From an uncultured delta proteobacterium (GTDB lineage Bacteria > Myxococcota > B64-G9): a stretch of 64,000 nucleotides of DNA. Under the pieces are notes generated by a model. It did no database searches. It had not been told where the DNA came from and saw only the letters and a list, made by a program, of their open reading frames with translations. Position 1 is the stretch's first letter, and every line of letters starts with the position of its first letter. This document shows positions 53,105-63,251 of this stretch, piece after piece. A program made the position numbers and the translations under genes. The DNA lies in NCBI GenBank assembly GCA_963754925.1, contig CAVWHX010000004.1, positions 800,001-864,000 of the forward strand, written 5' to 3'.

Positions 53105-53581
53105 ATGGCTGGCGTAAACAAGGTGATTTTGGTTGGCAACCTGGGAGCCGATCCAGAAACCCGATATACCCAAGGCGGTTCGGCAGTGACCAACTTCCGC
53201 ATTGCCACGAGCGAACGTTGGACGAGCAAGGATGGTCAGGCTCAGGAACGCACCGAATGGCACCGAATCGTGACCTTTGGAAGGCTGGCCGAGCATTGCC
53301 GCGACTACCTGGCCAAGGGCCGGCAAGTGTTTATCGAGGGTCGACTACAGACTCGTCAATGGGAAGACAAGGACAAGAACAAGCGTTCAACCACCGAGAT
53401 TGTCGCCCAGGTGGTGCAGTTCCTCGGCAGTGGACGCGGCGCCAACAATCGAGAGGAAGGCGCTCCTGCTCATCCGCCCAGCGGAGATTTCGAGGCGCAG
53501 AATGCCGGATTCGGCGGGCCTCCGGGCGGCGGCAACTTTGACGGCTCGCCTCCCATAAGCGACGACGATGTGCCGTTTTAG
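53105..53581 (+). CDS. ssb: Single-stranded DNA-binding protein
   Basis: [35 protein letters not shown]-terminal DDDVPF; GGAGG RBS. Confidence 0.98.
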   Translation: MAGVNKVILVGNLGADPETRYTQGGSAVTNFRIATSERWTSKDGQAQERTEWHRIVTFGRLAEHCRDYLAKGRQVFIEGRLQTRQWEDKDKNKRSTTEIVAQVVQFLGSGRGANNREEGAPAHPPSGDFEAQNAGFGGPPGGGNFDGSPPISDDDVPF

Positions 53582-53704
53582 AGACTGTTAGCGAGCGAGC
53601 GAATGCGAGTGAAGCTTACAGTCTCTTATCCCTGGAGCGAAGCGACAGGGGTTAGAGATATAGCGAACCTAGTGAGGCTTTCGGCCTCTTATCCCTGAAA
53701 GAGG
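53578..53704 (+). repeat. Two tandem hairpin mini-elements starting at the ssb stop codon
   Basis: TTA-GAGACTGT...ACAGTCTC-TTA-TCCCTG-GAGCGAAGCGA-CAGGGG (53578-53651), then TTAGAGATA...CCTC-TTA-TCCCTGAAAGAGG (53652-53704, degenerate). Confidence 0.8.
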
Positions 53705-53708
53705 CTAC

Positions 53709-54146
53709 ATGCCCCCATCTCTCATACGGGATACTCCGCGCGTCGGTCCTTTGATATGGATTCTGCTTTCGGCATTCCTGTTACCGCCAGCGTTGGTAAC
53801 CTTTGTTGGAGCGACCAGCAATCCGCTCCCTCACCAAACGTTGTGGGTGATACTGCTGGGATGCCCGATTCCGTTGATCCTTGTTAGTCTTCCAAGAGAA
53901 TATCGGCTTGACGATACCACGCTCCATATTCGCGGATGGCTCTACCACCTGAGAATTGCACGAGCGGAGATCCTCTCGGTGCAACATATTACCGCATGGA
54001 AAGCGCTGATCCACCCTCGTTCAATGTGTTGCTCTGACCCAGCCAAAGCCCTGCTCATCACCTACACCGTCAACCAGGGGGAACGGCAGAAGTCGCTGGT
54101 CATCAGCCCTCAAAATCCAGCACCATTTCTATCGATTAAAGTTTAA
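53709..54146 (+). CDS. Membrane protein with bacterial PH-like domain
   Basis: Two TM segments, then PREYRLDDTTLHIR...I...LVISPQNPAPFL. Confidence 0.6.
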   Translation: MPPSLIRDTPRVGPLIWILLSAFLLPPALVTFVGATSNPLPHQTLWVILLGCPIPLILVSLPREYRLDDTTLHIRGWLYHLRIARAEILSVQHITAWKALIHPRSMCCSDPAKALLITYTVNQGERQKSLVISPQNPAPFLSIKV

Positions 54147-54834
54147 ACAGATCATCAGAAATTTTAGTGGTGGTGTTTATATCGATACTCTCGCAGTGCT
54201 CAAAAATTTTCCCGTCCCGACTAATCTCGATCTCAGATGGAAAGTGGTCCCCGCCCAACCGTCCACCCCAGCCAAACCAACCAATATCGACGAGCGATCT
54301 CCCATCGGGAACAAACAGTCGTAACGGCAGAAATGAATCTTTGTCGATCCAGAGCTGCGGCCGATCCCGCTCCCATTCCTTGGCGCCGATGACATAGGCC
54401 ACTCTCCCATGGAAGCGGGCGAGGGTGGTTTCTTTCATGTTCACCTTGAGGCCGGCAAGGACGCTTTGGTAGAGCTCCTTTGACGGTTTCTCGGCAACAA
54501 ACACGTACTGAAGATAGGTCCACTCGGAAAGCGCGATTGCCGCTGCCGTCCCTCGTCGCTGCCAACATTTTTCAGCCCGGCAAATCTCAACCACATCGGG
54601 TCCGCGCTCGCGTCGCACCATCCCGGGCACCTTGATGAACCATCGCTCTTCGTGGGAGTCGGCAGCACCTGCCGATTGGCAGCGCAGAGTCAACTGTGCG
54701 CGGTTGACGGTCTGCTGGGCGCGAATACGGGTAAATTTATCGAGAATAAGCGCTACTGTCGAAACAGGCGCAATCGTAGGCCCGACAAAAAACCCCAGGA
54801 AAAATACGAGAACGACATGAGTAATTTTTACCAT
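54136..54834 (-). CDS. Exported protein, LolA-like fold suspected
   Basis: N-terminal hydrophobic leader; WFIKVPGMVRRE, QLWIDKDSFLPLR, C-terminal ISDDLFKL. Confidence 0.55.
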   Translation of the reverse strand: MVKITHVVLVFFLGFFVGPTIAPVSTVALILDKFTRIRAQQTVNRAQLTLRCQSAGAADSHEERWFIKVPGMVRRERGPDVVEICRAEKCWQRRGTAAAIALSEWTYLQYVFVAEKPSKELYQSVLAGLKVNMKETTLARFHGRVAYVIGAKEWERDRPQLWIDKDSFLPLRLFVPDGRSLVDIGWFGWGGRLGGDHFPSEIEISRDGKIFEHCESIDINTTTKISDDLFKL

Positions 54835-54926
54835 TGGTTAACGTCAATATACCATCAAACGTTGCCAAAAAGTACCAATGAGATTTTCGAGATCGCTGTA
54901 TCTGGTTATACCAACGTAGTTTTTGC

Positions 54927-56378
54927 CTAACCCGCCAGGTCCGCAACCAGCGCCTTTAAGGCATGGTAAAATCGTTCGACCGAATCGATCTTCACCCGTT
55001 CGGACGGCGAGTGCGGATGCTCGATCTGCGGCCCCATAGAGATCATGTCCATGTCTTTGAGCCGTTCACCGATAATGCCGCACTCCAAACCGGCGTGAAT
55101 CGCCTTGACGGCCGGCTCCTCGCCGGTCGTATCAACGAAAACCTTTCGCGCTCGCGCAAGCAAGGCGGAATCGAGATTCGGCTGCCAGCCCGGGTAACCG
55201 TCCTTGTCGATGGTTTCGGCGCCGTGGCCGCGAGCCAACGCCACGATGGATGCCTGAATTCGCGAAAGCGAAGGCATTACCGAGCTGCGGCTGCTTTCGT
55301 ATAACAAGCCGGAAGCTTTCTCCAACCGGACTACCGCCAAATTGGTGGAACTTTCTACCAATCCGGGGATGGTCTGACTCATCGCCAACAATCCATGCGG
55401 CATCGACAGGATGAGGTTAATGAACCGATCGCGATCCTTTTTCGTAAGCGGCGCTCTCCTCGTTGCCTGTTTTGAAAGATCGAGTTTCAGCCCCGGGTCC
55501 GTCTTGCCGAACATGGCATTGAGATCGGGGATAAAAGCATCGCGTACGGCGGCGGCTTTTTCTCGGCCTCCCTGGGGAACAAGCAGGGTGGCGGTCGCTT
55601 CGCGCGGGATGGCATTGTGCTTGTCGCCACCTCTGAAATCAACTAATCCAAATGCTACCTCAGACCTCAGCCGATCGAGGTACCACGCCAGTATCTGCAC
55701 GGCGTTGCCTCGCCCCAAACTGATATCTATGCCGGAGTGCCCGCCCTTAAGACCCCCGATTTTTACCTGGAGACCCTCGCCCGCCGCCTTCGCCCACCTA
55801 ACGGGTAGGGTGATTTGGGTATCCACCCCGCCGGCACAGCCGACGTAGATGACGCCGTCCTCTTCCGAATCGAGGTTGACGAGAATTTTCCCGCTCACGA
55901 AATCGGTCGCGAGAGCTTTAGCGCCATCGAGCCCGATTTCTTCCGATACGGTAAAAAGCAGCTCAAGCGGGCCGTGCGGATCACTGGTATCGTCAAGAAA
56001 GGCAAGGGCGGCTGCCACCCCGATGCCGTTATCGGCGCCGAGGGTGGTGCCCTGGGCGCCAATCCAATCTCCCGCGCGCACCACGTTAATCTGATCCTTC
56101 TTGAAGTCGTGGTGGGAATCCGAATCCTTCTCGCCGACCATGTCGAGATGACTTTGCAACACAACCACCGGTGCGCGCTCCTTGCCGGGAGAGCTCGGTA
56201 CCCGAACTACCACATTACCAGCGCCATCCTGCAGAGCGCTCCGGCCCTTGGATCTGGCGCGATCGAGCACAAAACGCGCGGCAGCGGCCTCGTTGCCCGA
56301 GCAGCGTGGAATCTTCGTCAGTGACTCAAAGTAGCTCCAGAGGATCTCTGGCTTCAACCCATAGAACGGAGAAGTCAT
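54927..56378 (-). CDS. pepD: Aminoacyl-histidine dipeptidase (M20C)
   Basis: PRCSGNE, LQSHLDMV, GTTLGADNGIG, EEIGLDGA, NLDSEE, GGHSG, HAGLECG, HSPSE. Confidence 0.95.
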   Translation of the reverse strand: MTSPFYGLKPEILWSYFESLTKIPRCSGNEAAAARFVLDRARSKGRSALQDGAGNVVVRVPSSPGKERAPVVVLQSHLDMVGEKDSDSHHDFKKDQINVVRAGDWIGAQGTTLGADNGIGVAAALAFLDDTSDPHGPLELLFTVSEEIGLDGAKALATDFVSGKILVNLDSEEDGVIYVGCAGGVDTQITLPVRWAKAAGEGLQVKIGGLKGGHSGIDISLGRGNAVQILAWYLDRLRSEVAFGLVDFRGGDKHNAIPREATATLLVPQGGREKAAAVRDAFIPDLNAMFGKTDPGLKLDLSKQATRRAPLTKKDRDRFINLILSMPHGLLAMSQTIPGLVESSTNLAVVRLEKASGLLYESSRSSVMPSLSRIQASIVALARGHGAETIDKDGYPGWQPNLDSALLARARKVFVDTTGEEPAVKAIHAGLECGIIGERLKDMDMISMGPQIEHPHSPSERVKIDSVERFYHALKALVADLAG

Positions 56379-56725
56379 GGAAATGTCCCCTTGTAAGATG
56401 TTGTGTTGCTCATCCAACCCTTTTCACGTGGGGATGTCAAGGGTACACAAGATCCGCTCCCGAACCATTCCACGGCCTTTGGTAATATCTCAGTTTGCCA
56501 GAGGGTTACGGGTGTTCGGCAGGCGACCGTCTACACCCAGGTCTCATTTACGCTTTGAATGCTGAACTGTTAGGCGGTTAATATGTTTCGGTCGCGTGTC
56601 GTTCGACGAATACCCGTAAGCCTCAAATTGAATCACTACCTGTCCTTTTCCAACCTTGACAATTCCAGAATATTCATGATACCAAACGAACACATAACTG
56701 CCTAAGACATTGGAAAGTATATTCC

Positions 56726-57493
56726 GTGCTCAAGATCCTCAATTTCGGCGAAACACACGTGGGCATGAAGCGGGCCCACAATGAGGATTCCTTTCTAAAT
56801 TTTCCCGATGAAAATCTATTTGTCGTCGCGGATGGTATGGGCGGTCATAGCTCGGGAGAAATCGCCAGCCAAATGGCGGTGGAAGCAATCTCCAATTTCT
56901 TTAAGGCTACCCGGCAAGACGAGGAAATCACCTGGCCCTATAAGATTGATAAAAACCGGCCTCTTGACGAAAACCGTTTCATCATGTCCATCAAGCTCGC
57001 CAACCTGCGCATCCACGAAGCCGCCCAACGCGAGGCGCGCTACCGCGGCATGGGCACCACTATCGCCGGGACCAACTTCGTTGATGACCATGTGCTGGTA
57101 GCCCATGTGGGTGACTCACGCGTGTACCTCATCCGCAAGGGGCACATCACGCAAATCACCGAAGACCACTCCTTGCTCAACGACTTCATCAAGGCTCATA
57201 AGCTCACCCCCGAAGAAATCGCCAACTTTCCTCACAAGAACGTGATTGTTCGGGCGCTGGGAATGAAGGACACGATACTGGTCGATCTGAGTCGCCACAA
57301 GATCCTGCCCGAGGATGTTTATCTCATGTGTTCCGATGGGCTTTCCGGGATGGTCAGCGACAAACAGATTTGCGAAGTCATTCAGCAAACCCCGGATCTT
57401 CCACAAGCCGCAAAGACCTTGATAGAAATGGCAAATCGAGCCGGCGGCGTTGATAATATTACCTGTTTACTAACGAAAATTGAGTCGGTTTAA
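56726..57493 (+). CDS. PP2C-type Ser/Thr phosphatase (Stp1/IreP family)
   Basis: RAHNED, VADGMGGH, GMGTT, HVGDSRVY, CSDGL, GGVDNIT. Confidence 0.96.
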   Translation: MLKILNFGETHVGMKRAHNEDSFLNFPDENLFVVADGMGGHSSGEIASQMAVEAISNFFKATRQDEEITWPYKIDKNRPLDENRFIMSIKLANLRIHEAAQREARYRGMGTTIAGTNFVDDHVLVAHVGDSRVYLIRKGHITQITEDHSLLNDFIKAHKLTPEEIANFPHKNVIVRALGMKDTILVDLSRHKILPEDVYLMCSDGLSGMVSDKQICEVIQQTPDLPQAAKTLIEMANRAGGVDNITCLLTKIESV

Positions 57494-58455
57494 GACACGA
57501 CCACGGTATGCCCTAACGCTACTATTGCAGACTCGATATGCGCCTGAGGTTTGATCTCCACCCCCGGCCACAGCACGCTGCGGGCTACCGTCGCTCCCTT
57601 TCCGATTCGACAGCGATCGCCAATTGCCACTTCGGGCCCAAGCCTTACTTCGTCATCAATGAAAACGTCCTGTCCAACCAACACCCCGCTTTTGCCCTGA
57701 AGGGAAGGTGAGGGGAGCTGGGAGAACTGCGCTCGCCCCGAGAGGATTGACCGATTGGCCTCGAGGTATGTTGCCGGGGTGCCGGTATCGAACCACGCCC
57801 CCTGGTCGACAAACGCCGCTACCGGAAGACCCTTTCTGAGCATGCTGACATAGCCGATATCGTTGATGCAGGCGAACCCATCTGAAGGTAAGAATTCGAA
57901 GATGACCGGCGAGAGCACGTGCACCCCCACGAACATACAGGTTCTGACGGCACCCTGCGCCGGCCGATGAACCCCCTTGAAATCGACCACAAACCCGGCC
58001 TCATCGTAGGCAAGCGGCGTGTAACCAGCGCCCGCTGAGAGCGAACGTACGACCATTGTGGCGACCGCGCCCTGACGTTTATGGAACTGCAACAACGCAG
58101 CGAGATCGACGCCGGTAAGCATATCGCCGTTGAAAAGAAAAAACGTCTCTTCATTGAAAAACGGCCGCGCCCGGACAACACCGCCGCCGGTCCCCAGGAT
58201 GACCTCTTCACGCGAAAACTGCAGGCGGACCCCGCACTGCGCGGCGCCGAGCGTTTGTTCGATCATGGCGGCATGATGGTGCACGTTCACTATCGCCTCA
58301 CGCACACCATATCGCGAAAGCAAGGCGAGGCTGTAATGAATCAAGGGACGGTTCGCAACCGGCATGAGAGGTTTGGGCATACGATCGGCAAGCGGTCCTA
58401 ACCGGGCTCCAAATCCGGCTGCCAGCACCATGGCGCGCGGAGAGATTTCGCTCAC
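57490..58455 (-). CDS. Nucleotidyltransferase, MurU-like by context
   Basis: MVLAAGFGARLGPL...PKPLMPV, LGTGGG, NGD, WFDTGTP; coupled to the AmgK-like gene. Confidence 0.82.
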   Translation of the reverse strand: MSEISPRAMVLAAGFGARLGPLADRMPKPLMPVANRPLIHYSLALLSRYGVREAIVNVHHHAAMIEQTLGAAQCGVRLQFSREEVILGTGGGVVRARPFFNEETFFLFNGDMLTGVDLAALLQFHKRQGAVATMVVRSLSAGAGYTPLAYDEAGFVVDFKGVHRPAQGAVRTCMFVGVHVLSPVIFEFLPSDGFACINDIGYVSMLRKGLPVAAFVDQGAWFDTGTPATYLEANRSILSGRAQFSQLPSPSLQGKSGVLVGQDVFIDDEVRLGPEVAIGDRCRIGKGATVARSVLWPGVEIKPQAHIESAIVALGHTVVVS

Positions 58456-59522
58456 CGGGCAAGCTCCGGCACCGCTGTACCGAGTATCTCCTGCAGGCGG
58501 GAAAGCTCGGGCAAGCGCATCAAGGCCTCACGCACGTAGGCCAGCGAGGTCGGAATATTGGGCAAGAACGACGGGTTTTTCTTGACCCGATCAATGAAAA
58601 CAAACCGCCCCGCATCCTTCAGCTTGCGCTGGACCGTCTGGAGATCGACGTGGCGCCGAAAGTCATCTTTCTCGGCACGCGGCAAATCAACGCGGCGGCA
58701 CAACGCCCGGTAGTGATCGATGAGATCCTCCACCCGCTGGGGCGAAAGGACAACATAGGAATCGCGCAGGAGCGCTACCAGGTCGTACATAACCGGGCCA
58801 CACAGCGCGTCCTGGAAGTCAATCAACGCCAGCCCCTCCGGAACAATCATCAAGTTCCGGCTTTGAAAATCGCGGTGAACAAATACCCGCGGCAGGTTGG
58901 AAAGCTCCCGAGCAATGGCATCAAAGGCCGCGTCCACTGCCGAACGCTCGGCTGTCGAAAACTGCACCCCGCGATCAATCTCCACCAGATACTCGCGAAA
59001 ATGGTCAAGCTCCCAGCGCATGAGATCAAAATCAAATGCGCGGGTATACGCCAGGCACTTCGGATTCGGGTTTCGGGCTGTAGCCGCCTGCAATCCAACC
59101 AGCACCTCAATTGCCCGCGCATACCAGACATCCACGGCTCGCTCGCCGTGCTCGGCTATTTCCCGTGCTAACGTTATAGTTCCGAGGTCTTCAAGGAGGA
59201 TCACACCCAGGCTCTCATCGATATGCAAAATGTCAGGCACCCGGACGCCGATACCTGCCAAGTAACGTTGGAGATTAATAAAGGGTAGTTCTTGCGGGGC
59301 CGGTCCTTTCATAACTTCTTCCGAAAAACGCGCCTGCTCCGGGGCAAGCAGCATCGCCACCAGGCTCTTTTTCAAAGCGCCGCCGCGCACGCGTACGTAG
59401 CGGCGGGCTGAAGCGTCCCCATGCAACAACGTTAATTCAAGCCCATCAACTGAAATTCCCTGGAGGTAGTTCTTCAGGGCGGTATCAACTCTGGTTTTTA
59501 TGTCATCCACGTCGGCTACCAT
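58452..59522 (-). CDS. Aminoglycoside phosphotransferase-family kinase, AmgK-like
   Basis: GDASARRYVR, LLEDLG, VHRDFQSRNLM, IDFQDA..GP..YDLVALLRD, QRKLKDAGRF. Confidence 0.88.
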   Translation of the reverse strand: MVADVDDIKTRVDTALKNYLQGISVDGLELTLLHGDASARRYVRVRGGALKKSLVAMLLAPEQARFSEEVMKGPAPQELPFINLQRYLAGIGVRVPDILHIDESLGVILLEDLGTITLAREIAEHGERAVDVWYARAIEVLVGLQAATARNPNPKCLAYTRAFDFDLMRWELDHFREYLVEIDRGVQFSTAERSAVDAAFDAIARELSNLPRVFVHRDFQSRNLMIVPEGLALIDFQDALCGPVMYDLVALLRDSYVVLSPQRVEDLIDHYRALCRRVDLPRAEKDDFRRHVDLQTVQRKLKDAGRFVFIDRVKKNPSFLPNIPTSLAYVREALMRLPELSRLQEILGTAVPELAR

Positions 59523-59583
59523 ACCGCCGGGAGGACGAAGGGTCAACATCCCGCCAACAAGAGTATGGTAAAAGTCTCTGGAT

Positions 59584-59663
59584 GTCATTCCCGCGGAAGC
59601 AGGAATCCAGTAATAGCTAATTTAGATTCCCGCGCAGGCGGCGTGCGGCTTGGCTGGAATCCA
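59584..59663. repeat. Degenerate REP doublet of the same family as 9936
   Basis: GTCATTCCCGCGGAAGCAGGAATCCAG (59584-59610); the second unit ATTCCCGCGCAGGCG...GGAATCCA is split by 15 bp. Confidence 0.7.
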
Positions 59664-59781
59664 ATCATGAGCCTATCACACTCCGCGGGCAAAAAACCTT
59701 GACAGTTTTTGCAACCGGATGCTAGGTTCCTGCAAACAAAGAGGTTTGTGTCCTTTCTTTGGATGATTCAAAGGGATCGGT

Positions 59782-60657
59782 ATGAAAATCCAGCCTCTGG
59801 TCACTGCATCATTCGGGGTATTGGTGTGTTTTGTTGACGTACCAGCTTCGGCTGGCCGCTATGACATAATCCTCGGACGACTCTGCACAACAGACAGCAA
59901 TAATCAGGTTACCTGCTCTCAGGAAAAGTTTGAAAACCTGATGACCGAGCTTGGGCTCATTATCGCTCCGGTTTTTCTGGCGCCTGCCGAGACATTGGGG
60001 CTTACGGGGTTTGAGTTCTCTCTGGAAGGCACGGTTGCTCCGATCCATAACACCAGAAATTATTGGAAGGGGAAAATATACCCAACCGACAGCGACGAGA
60101 ATATGGTCAGCGTCTCCGAGGGCAAGCCACAATCGTTGATATTCGTTCCCCGTCTCCATATTCGCAAAGGCCTGCCGTTGAGCTTCGAGATCGGCGCCCA
60201 ACTTTCTTATTTTCCAGAGAGCGAAATGTTTACGATTGGGGCAGAGGTCAAATGGGCCTTCAATGAAGGATTACACTACGTCCCTGATTTTGCAGTGCGT
60301 ATCTCAATGAACCACATGATTGGGCCAGAGGATTTCGAGCTGAGCACCGGCGGGTGGGATATATCCATCTCCAAAGCATTTGGGCTTGGCGGCACAATGT
60401 CGTTGACACCCTATGCCGGCTATAACATGCTTTTCATTGACGCCACCGCGCACACGGTGTTGGTATTAGCCGATCCGAACCTATCCAGCGAGGTGAACAA
60501 GCCCTGGGTTTTCAATAGGATGAAATGGACGGACAACATGCACCACCGTTTTTTCATCGGCTGTCGCTTGATAACCTATATTTTTCAATTTGTGGTTGAG
60601 GGCGATTTCTCCAAGGAGACCAGCCTGTTCAATCTTAAAATCGGCTTTGATTATTGA
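59782..60657 (+). CDS. Putative outer-membrane beta-barrel protein
   Basis: Signal peptide; LAPAETLG..GF, RKGLPLSFEIG, LTPYAGY; C-terminal LKIGFDY. TTGACA-18-TAGGTT promoter upstream at ~59699. Confidence 0.65.
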   Translation: MKIQPLVTASFGVLVCFVDVPASAGRYDIILGRLCTTDSNNQVTCSQEKFENLMTELGLIIAPVFLAPAETLGLTGFEFSLEGTVAPIHNTRNYWKGKIYPTDSDENMVSVSEGKPQSLIFVPRLHIRKGLPLSFEIGAQLSYFPESEMFTIGAEVKWAFNEGLHYVPDFAVRISMNHMIGPEDFELSTGGWDISISKAFGLGGTMSLTPYAGYNMLFIDATAHTVLVLADPNLSSEVNKPWVFNRMKWTDNMHHRFFIGCRLITYIFQFVVEGDFSKETSLFNLKIGFDY

Positions 60658-60669
60658 AGGATTGCTGGA

Positions 60670-60849
60670 ATGCCCGGCATTGCTGACCTATTGCTGATAC
60701 TTTTTGTTGTATTTTTGATCTTCGGCGCTTCTAAGCTGCCGGCGATCGCGACCGCTATGGGTAAAACGATCCTTAATCTGCGCCACAAGAATAATAAGAA
60801 TCAAACACTCAACAACGAACGGCCGTCACGTTCAAAGCCATCGACTTAA
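60670..60849 (+). CDS. TatA/TatE-family subunit (below the ORF-track cut-off)
   Basis: MPGIADLLLILFVVFLIFGASKLPAIATAMGKTI...; FGxxKLP signature. Confidence 0.8.
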   Translation: MPGIADLLLILFVVFLIFGASKLPAIATAMGKTILNLRHKNNKNQTLNNERPSRSKPST

Positions 60850-62392
60850 TCCTTCACTATCGATGGCACAACCCTCGCGGTTATTTCTCCCGCTGTATCG
60901 GGGTGGTCATACGTAACAATCATAAAGGGAAGCGAACCGCCCGGAGGCAACTCTTTCCCTGCCAATCCCTGGAGTTTTTTCTGATACTCGGCGGCCACCA
61001 GCGTCGCGTCTCCCATCTGATATATCTCGCCCGGGGTAAATACCACGCCGGCCGGAACTGCATACTCTCCCAGCATCTGGCCCTTAGCCGAGAGCAGCCG
61101 GCCGGTTAGCAGTACGCGCGCGACCGATTCTTTCGATGCATTGTGAACCTCGCCCCACACGAGCAATAGCTCATGGCCATTGAGGTTTCGATAGGTCGAG
61201 GTGGCAATTTTTTTTACCTGTAAATCACCGTTGGCCTGGCTGAGCTTTGCCGAACTCGAAAAAGCTCCAACGTACGTGGACCAGCTGGTCAGATCCGGTT
61301 TGCCGCCGCTCCGATAGATAATAAATACCAACAACAGTCCCACCAACGCCAAAACACTAAACCCAATCCTATACCACCAGAGCAGCTCTGGGGACTGTTT
61401 TGGAGCAGTCAGCGCTTGATCTATCGATGGGAGCGGAGCCGATGGTGCCACCGCCGGCCATTGCTCCTTGGGGAGACTCACTCGCTCAACCAGGTGAGAA
61501 GGTACTGGGGTCGTTTCAGGCTTGCTTCCGGTCATCGGGTCGTGGTCGTCTATGTCCAGCGCCAGCTCCGATCCAGCTTCGACCGGCGCCGACGAGTACC
61601 CTTCCAGATCGGCAAACGGATCGTTGCCAACAAAAACCCCTCCGTCCCCTTTTTGGAATGCCGGTTGGGGCGCGGCGGAAGACCCATTCGGTTTCGCTGG
61701 CAGAGGCGGCGGCTCCGCCGGTTTCGGTGGCACGGGGGGAGCTTCGGATCCTACCCGCACATCAAAATCCATAGGCGCGAAAGGATCTGCACCAGGCAAT
61801 GAACGCGGAGCAGCGACCGATGTATCAAACACCGGCCGCAACGCGTTCGCATCGAACGCGGTTTTAGTCCCTTTTGGCGCCGAAACCTGTTGATTGGGGG
61901 ACTCACCAAAAGAAATCTTAGGGAACGAGGTGGTTATCGGCACAGCCGGCGACGACGGAAGGGCGTGAAAGAGATCATCTTGGGACCGGGGCGCTGGCAC
62001 GGGTGAAATATTTGGCAGATCTTTGTTGAACAACGACAACGGCGCATCAGAATCCAGATCGATCTGGTCAACCATTCGCTGATCGATCTTGTCGGGCACA
62101 TCCGATAGCTGAAAGTCCTCGGGACGAAACGACGGAGGCCAAGAACTGTCTTTCTTGATTGGCTTCGATTCCACCGGGGAACCAAAACCGCGGTCCCCCC
62201 CGGCGGTTGCGGCAGTGGTCGCTCGGTATTCGGCATCCGCGTAGGCGACGCCTGCGCCGGTGGTTCGGTTGCGGCCCGTACCACCGTAAAAATGTGCTTG
62301 CACTTGGAGCACCGCACCCTTACCCCGGCCGGGGTGATCTTGTCGTCCGAAACCTTAAACTTTGTCTTACACTGCCCGCACTCGACAATCAT
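60846..62392 (-). CDS. Zinc-ribbon (MJ0042-type) / Pro-rich linker / TM / DUF3426-like protein; frameshift near the 62195 homopolymer
   Basis: MIVECGQCKTKFKVSDDKI...VRCSKCKHIF in one frame; TM and LLVWGEVHNAS...LPPGGSLPFMIV in the other. Confidence 0.8.
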
Positions 62393-62564
62393 GCCCGTCC
62401 CTCTCAATCATATTGTATGTGCTTTCTAAAGGCCTGTCACGTACCAGTCCAACGAAAAAACCTCAACCCGAAGTTCACGGTGTTCTAAATCAGGGTCTCG
62501 CCTCTGCTGAGAAACATATAACTATAAGTAAAAAATAGAGTTAATAACTTTTCGGGCAAGCCCT

Positions 62565-62593
62565 TTGACATCTCCTTCAACTGGGAATATAAG
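62565..62593 (+). promoter_or_regulatory. Sigma70-like promoter of DUF47-pit
   Basis: TTGACA, 17-bp spacer, TATAAG; GGAGG RBS downstream. Confidence 0.6.
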
Positions 62594-62621
62594 GCGGTCA
62601 GTTCATCACGGAGGTACACGC

Positions 62622-63251
62622 ATGTGGAGAAAGCTGACTCCCCGGGAATACGGCTTCTTCGATCTTTTCAACCGTCATGCAAACACCACTCTTGAAGGCA
62701 CGCGCCTCTTGGTGAACTTGGTTGAGAAATGGCCAAATGGGTCAAAAGAGATGTCCCGTATTGAAGAGCTTGAGCATGAATGCGACTCGATTACCCACAT
62801 GACCATCGATTTGCTCCATCGTACCTTCATTACGCCCCTTGATCGTGACGAGATCCACAATCTTATTTCTAAGCTCGACGACATCATGGACACCGTCGAG
62901 GTGGCCTCGCGAAGGATGCAGCTCTTCGGGATTCAATCATGTCCCGAGAAGTTAATAGAAATGGTGCGAGTCCTCAATCAGTCCACGGAACTGGTCGTCC
63001 AGGCGGTCAAACTTCTACAAAATCTTAAGCACACCGAGGAGCTCCGTGAGCTCTTCAAGGAGATTAATCGTTTGGAAAATGTCGGCGACTCGCTCTTTCA
63101 TGCGGCTCTGTTAGAGCTTTTTAAGAATAACGCCAATGATCCATTGACGTTGATCAAACTGAAGGAGATATTCGAGTCAATCGAGTGGGCTATCGATCGC
63201 TGCGAGGATGTAGCCAATACCGTAGAGGGGATCGTTCTGGAGCATTTTTAA
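62622..63251 (+). CDS. DUF47 (PhoU-like) phosphate transport regulator
   Basis: FFDLF, LEHECD, TFITPLDRDEI...LDDIMD, LENVGD, AIDRCEDVAN. Confidence 0.92.
   Translation: MWRKLTPREYGFFDLFNRHANTTLEGTRLLVNLVEKWPNGSKEMSRIEELEHECDSITHMTIDLLHRTFITPLDRDEIHNLISKLDDIMDTVEVASRRMQLFGIQSCPEKLIEMVRVLNQSTELVVQAVKLLQNLKHTEELRELFKEINRLENVGDSLFHAALLELFKNNANDPLTLIKLKEIFESIEWAIDRCEDVANTVEGIVLEHF

Noticed and set aside
52876..53704. Hairpin elements as integron attC sites
   Set aside because: No RYYYAAC/GTTRRRY boxes at the ends, no integrase, and the flanking genes are housekeeping.
56560..56580. GTTAGGC as an attC core site
   Set aside because: No matching inverse core site at a suitable distance and no cassette ORF.
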